From Candidatus Micrarchaeia archaeon (GTDB lineage Archaea > Micrarchaeota > Micrarchaeia > CABMEP01): DNA of 64,000 bases. Positions 61,524 to 64,000 of this stretch are shown here, piece by piece (position 1 is the stretch's first letter; every line of letters starts with the position of its first letter). A program made the position numbers and the translations under genes. The notes beneath the pieces were generated by a model, which was given only the letters and a program-made list of their open reading frames with translations, searched no databases and was not told the DNA's origin. The stretch is from NCBI GenBank assembly GCA_038881595.1, contig JAVZPM010000001.1, positions 211,562 through 275,561 of the forward strand, read 5' to 3'.

Positions 61524-62360
61524 ATTTCAAAAATAATAAGGTATGGAAAGGATCTTGCTATAATCATACCAGAAGAATTAGTAAAAAAGCTTGATCTAAG
61601 ACCAGACACACCTATTAGAATTTATGAGATAACCGCGGGAACTATAGCAATCGAAAAAGTAAAACTCCTTCCTTTATCTGAATCAGACATCAACATTTTG
61701 AATAAGCTTCTTCAGATTAAATTCGAAGAAAGAACTCCTGAGGTTGTAAGAAAATCATTCTCTCAAGAAGAATTGAAACTACTTGACGAACTTGTGAAGA
61801 AACACCTTGTGAATATTTACTATGGTGGGAAATATCTAAAGACAGGTGTTTATCAAGTTCCTAACCTTGTTTACAGACAGCTTCTTGAAAAGAGGCAAGA
61901 GACAGCCAAACCAAAGGAAGGTATGGAAGAGAAAGAGCAAATTTCTCAACCAAAGGAGCAAGAAAAACAGAAGAAAGAATCAAAAGAAAAGAAAGAACAG
62001 AAAGAGTTCAAAAAAGAGGAGACGGACCCAATAAAAAGACTGAATAAGAATGGCTATCTTGTTCTTCAATCCGAAGCAGATGCAAGAGAGATCTCAAAGC
62101 TTCTTGAGGATAAAATTCAGCAAAATCAAGTTACAGGAATAAGAGGATTCGATAAAAAATACTATCTTGTTAAGAATTCTTTTGTTCTTAAATTTCAATC
62201 CAAGATAAAATCAGTATTGAAATCTGGCCCTAAACAGGCTGACAAAATAGCTGAAGCATTAGGCATAGAAGAAGAGGCAGCAATCGCACTTCTCACAGTT
62301 TTAAGAGAAGAAGGAGAAATAATAGAAAAAAGAAAGGGAACTTTTTCCTTGATAGATTGA
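61524..62360 (+). CDS. AbrB/MazE-like N-terminal domain protein with a C-terminal winged-helix-like domain (probable ATT start)
   Basis: The ORF-track TTG start (61698) extends in frame upstream through SKIIRYGKDLAIIIPEELVKKLDL; GGTGA-GGTT-ATT at 61524. Confidence 0.7.
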   Translation: MSKIIRYGKDLAIIIPEELVKKLDLRPDTPIRIYEITAGTIAIEKVKLLPLSESDINILNKLLQIKFEERTPEVVRKSFSQEELKLLDELVKKHLVNIYYGGKYLKTGVYQVPNLVYRQLLEKRQETAKPKEGMEEKEQISQPKEQEKQKKESKEKKEQKEFKKEETDPIKRLNKNGYLVLQSEADAREISKLLEDKIQQNQVTGIRGFDKKYYLVKNSFVLKFQSKIKSVLKSGPKQADKIAEALGIEEEAAIALLTVLREEGEIIEKRKGTFSLID

Positions 62361-62528
62361 TTATATCTTGCCAGTAGTTATGTATCTTAAAACAAGAATA
62401 GCCACTATAAAAATAGCAGTTATAGCTATTACTATCCCTGGTTTAAGTTTTATTCCTCCACCTTCTGCTTCATAGAATCTAAATATTCCTGCAGAACCTG
62501 CTGGGGTGGATACTGTTTGTTTTGCCAT
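62361..62528 (-). CDS. secG: preprotein translocase subunit Sec61beta
   Basis: MAKQTVSTPAGSAGIFRFYEAE..GIKLKP followed by a single TM helix. Confidence 0.9.
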   Translation of the reverse strand: MAKQTVSTPAGSAGIFRFYEAEGGGIKLKPGIVIAITAIFIVAILVLRYITTGKI

Positions 62529-62609
62529 AATAATCACTATATTATCTATAAAATTTGTAATTATATTATACATCGTCAAGTTTATTAATTATTACGTTCA
62601 TTTAATTTT

Positions 62610-63683
62610 ATGAAGCTTTTCTATGAAAGTGATTCCTCCATATTCAAGAATGAGAATGCATTAAGCCTTGAGTATTTGCCACCAGAGATGCCTGAAAGAG
62701 AGATACAGTTAAAGGAGTTGGCATCGGCAGTTTCAGCAGCTTCAAAAGGAAAGAGAGGAAGAAACATACTAATAACAGGTCCAACAGGAAGCGGAAAAAC
62801 AAGTTGTACAAAGTATGTTTTAAACCAACTTACAGAGTTCAGTAGAACACCTATAGCAATATACATCAACTGCTGGAACTTTACAACTTCAAACGCAGTG
62901 CTTTCTGAGATTGCAGAGAGGCTTAAGCTACCTCTTCCAAGAAGGGGAATAGCATTTGATGAAATCTTCAAGAGAATAAAAGAATATCTAGTTCTAAATA
63001 ACAAGATTCTAATTGTAGTTCTTGATGAGGTTGATAGGCTGATAGCAAATAATTCAACTGAAATATTATATTATCTAAGCAGAGGAGATGAGCTTGCAAA
63101 TGGCAGGGTTTCTGTAATCGTTATAAGCAATGACGACGAAATTGCTGCAAAACTTGATGACAGAATAAGATCATCTTTATTGGAGTCTAGGATTAAATTT
63201 GAGAAATATAATGCATTTCAGCTCAAAAAGATTTTGATGGAAAGGGCAAAGCTGGCGTTTTTCTCTTCTGCAATAAGCGAAGAGGCAGTCGCACTTTGTG
63301 CAGCAAATGCAGCAAAGCAAGGAGGAGATGCAAGAGTTGGCATTTCACTTCTTTATCAGGCAGGATTGAATGCAGAAAGAGAAGGTTCAAAGAAACTTTT
63401 ATTGAAGCATGTTAAGCTTGCACTAGAAGAGGTAAAGCAAGAAACAGACTTTATAGCAAGGCATTTTGATTCTCTTTCAGATCCAGAGAAAAGAATCGTC
63501 AATCTTCTTTTATCAGGTCCTCTTACAAGTGGACAGATATATGAAAAGCTCTCAGATCTTGGTTTAAGCAACAGGATGCTTCAATTCTACATAACAAAGC
63601 TTGAGGAATCAGGCATACTAACTTCAGAAGAGATAGATGTCAAACCTAAGGGAAGAACAAAATTAATATCTATAAGAAAATAA
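62610..63683 (+). CDS. cdc6: Orc1/Cdc6 replication initiator family AAA+ ATPase
   Basis: IFKNENALSLEYLP...RE, GPTGSGKT, YINC, VVLDEVD, GDAR and a C-terminal winged helix with GRT. Confidence 0.93.
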   Translation: MKLFYESDSSIFKNENALSLEYLPPEMPEREIQLKELASAVSAASKGKRGRNILITGPTGSGKTSCTKYVLNQLTEFSRTPIAIYINCWNFTTSNAVLSEIAERLKLPLPRRGIAFDEIFKRIKEYLVLNNKILIVVLDEVDRLIANNSTEILYYLSRGDELANGRVSVIVISNDDEIAAKLDDRIRSSLLESRIKFEKYNAFQLKKILMERAKLAFFSSAISEEAVALCAANAAKQGGDARVGISLLYQAGLNAEREGSKKLLLKHVKLALEEVKQETDFIARHFDSLSDPEKRIVNLLLSGPLTSGQIYEKLSDLGLSNRMLQFYITKLEESGILTSEEIDVKPKGRTKLISIRK

Positions 63684-63845
63684 AAGTATACTGTAATTCT
63701 TAATGGAAAAAGTTTCTTAATTTTGAATCCGACGTTAATTCGGAGCTGTTTTTCTTATAAGATGCAATAAAACCTATATCACCGGAAATTTACCCTTCCA
63801 ACTAGTATTTAAATAGCCTTTGAGATTCTGTTTCGGTGATGAAAT

Positions 63846-64000
63846 ATGATAATGGATATAACAAATATAAGATTGGATGAAGTTAGTGCCATAATGTCAA
63901 AAATGGACAAGTTAGGTATGTCTTCAAAAATAGAGAGAAAAGATGGCAGATTCCTTCTTGTTTTGAATGAAAAAAACGAGAAAAAAGAAGTTAAACCTCC
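63846..64000 (+). CDS. hypothetical protein (5' part; runs off the window end)
   Basis: GGTGA upstream; open frame MIMDITNIRLDEVSAIMSKMDKLG... to the window end. Confidence 0.5.
   Translation, partial: MIMDITNIRLDEVSAIMSKMDKLGMSSKIERKDGRFLLVLNEKNEKKEVKP

Noticed and set aside
61283..61609. 108-aa minus-strand ORF
   Set aside because: It runs through the 5S rRNA gene and antisense to the AbrB-like coding region; spurious.
63684..63845. Possible replication origin beside cdc6
   Set aside because: Only one weak ORB-like word (TCACCGGAAAT) and a short spacer; insufficient support.

Overview
AT-rich archaeal chromosomal segment. The gene set and style (standalone 5S rRNA, intron-rich tRNAs, tRNA-Ile(UAU), many uncharacterised surface and membrane proteins) suggest a DPANN archaeon, probably Micrarchaeota-like; this is an inference and no database search was run. 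About two thirds of the window is housekeeping: cdc48, endoQ-like nuclease, the rnp4-rps19e-rpl39e-rpl31e-aIF6-rpl18a-pfdA-ftsY cluster, tfe, rpo6, dtdA, pus10, class I lysS, ksgA, rpo4, rpl21e, sec61beta, cdc6, six tRNAs and 5S rRNA. The most striking region is a ~21 kb cell-envelope locus (39.2-59.9 kb). It contains six tandem, highly diverged paralogous polytopic membrane proteins with a CedA/VirB6-like motif, a membrane-anchored protein, and a 2791-aa Cys-rich lipoprotein with cupredoxin-like repeats, all transcribed divergently from a 1060-aa membrane-spanning coiled-coil protein. This is a candidate undescribed heteromeric channel plus adhesin system for cell contact. Other oddities: a single-repeat (half) TBP; tRNA-Ile(UAU); both Met tRNAs carrying non-canonical 30/31 introns (one with two introns); a splicing-endonuclease subunit lacking the catalytic His; a bacterial-type IspE; a PAP2/polyprenol-kinase fusion; a membrane-anchored Roadblock protein; an unannotated 69% acidic microprotein near a histone-fold gene; a probable ATT-initiated AbrB-domain gene; a frameshifted epimerase pseudogene; and a four-gene pilin-like cluster. 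No CRISPR array or mobile element was seen.
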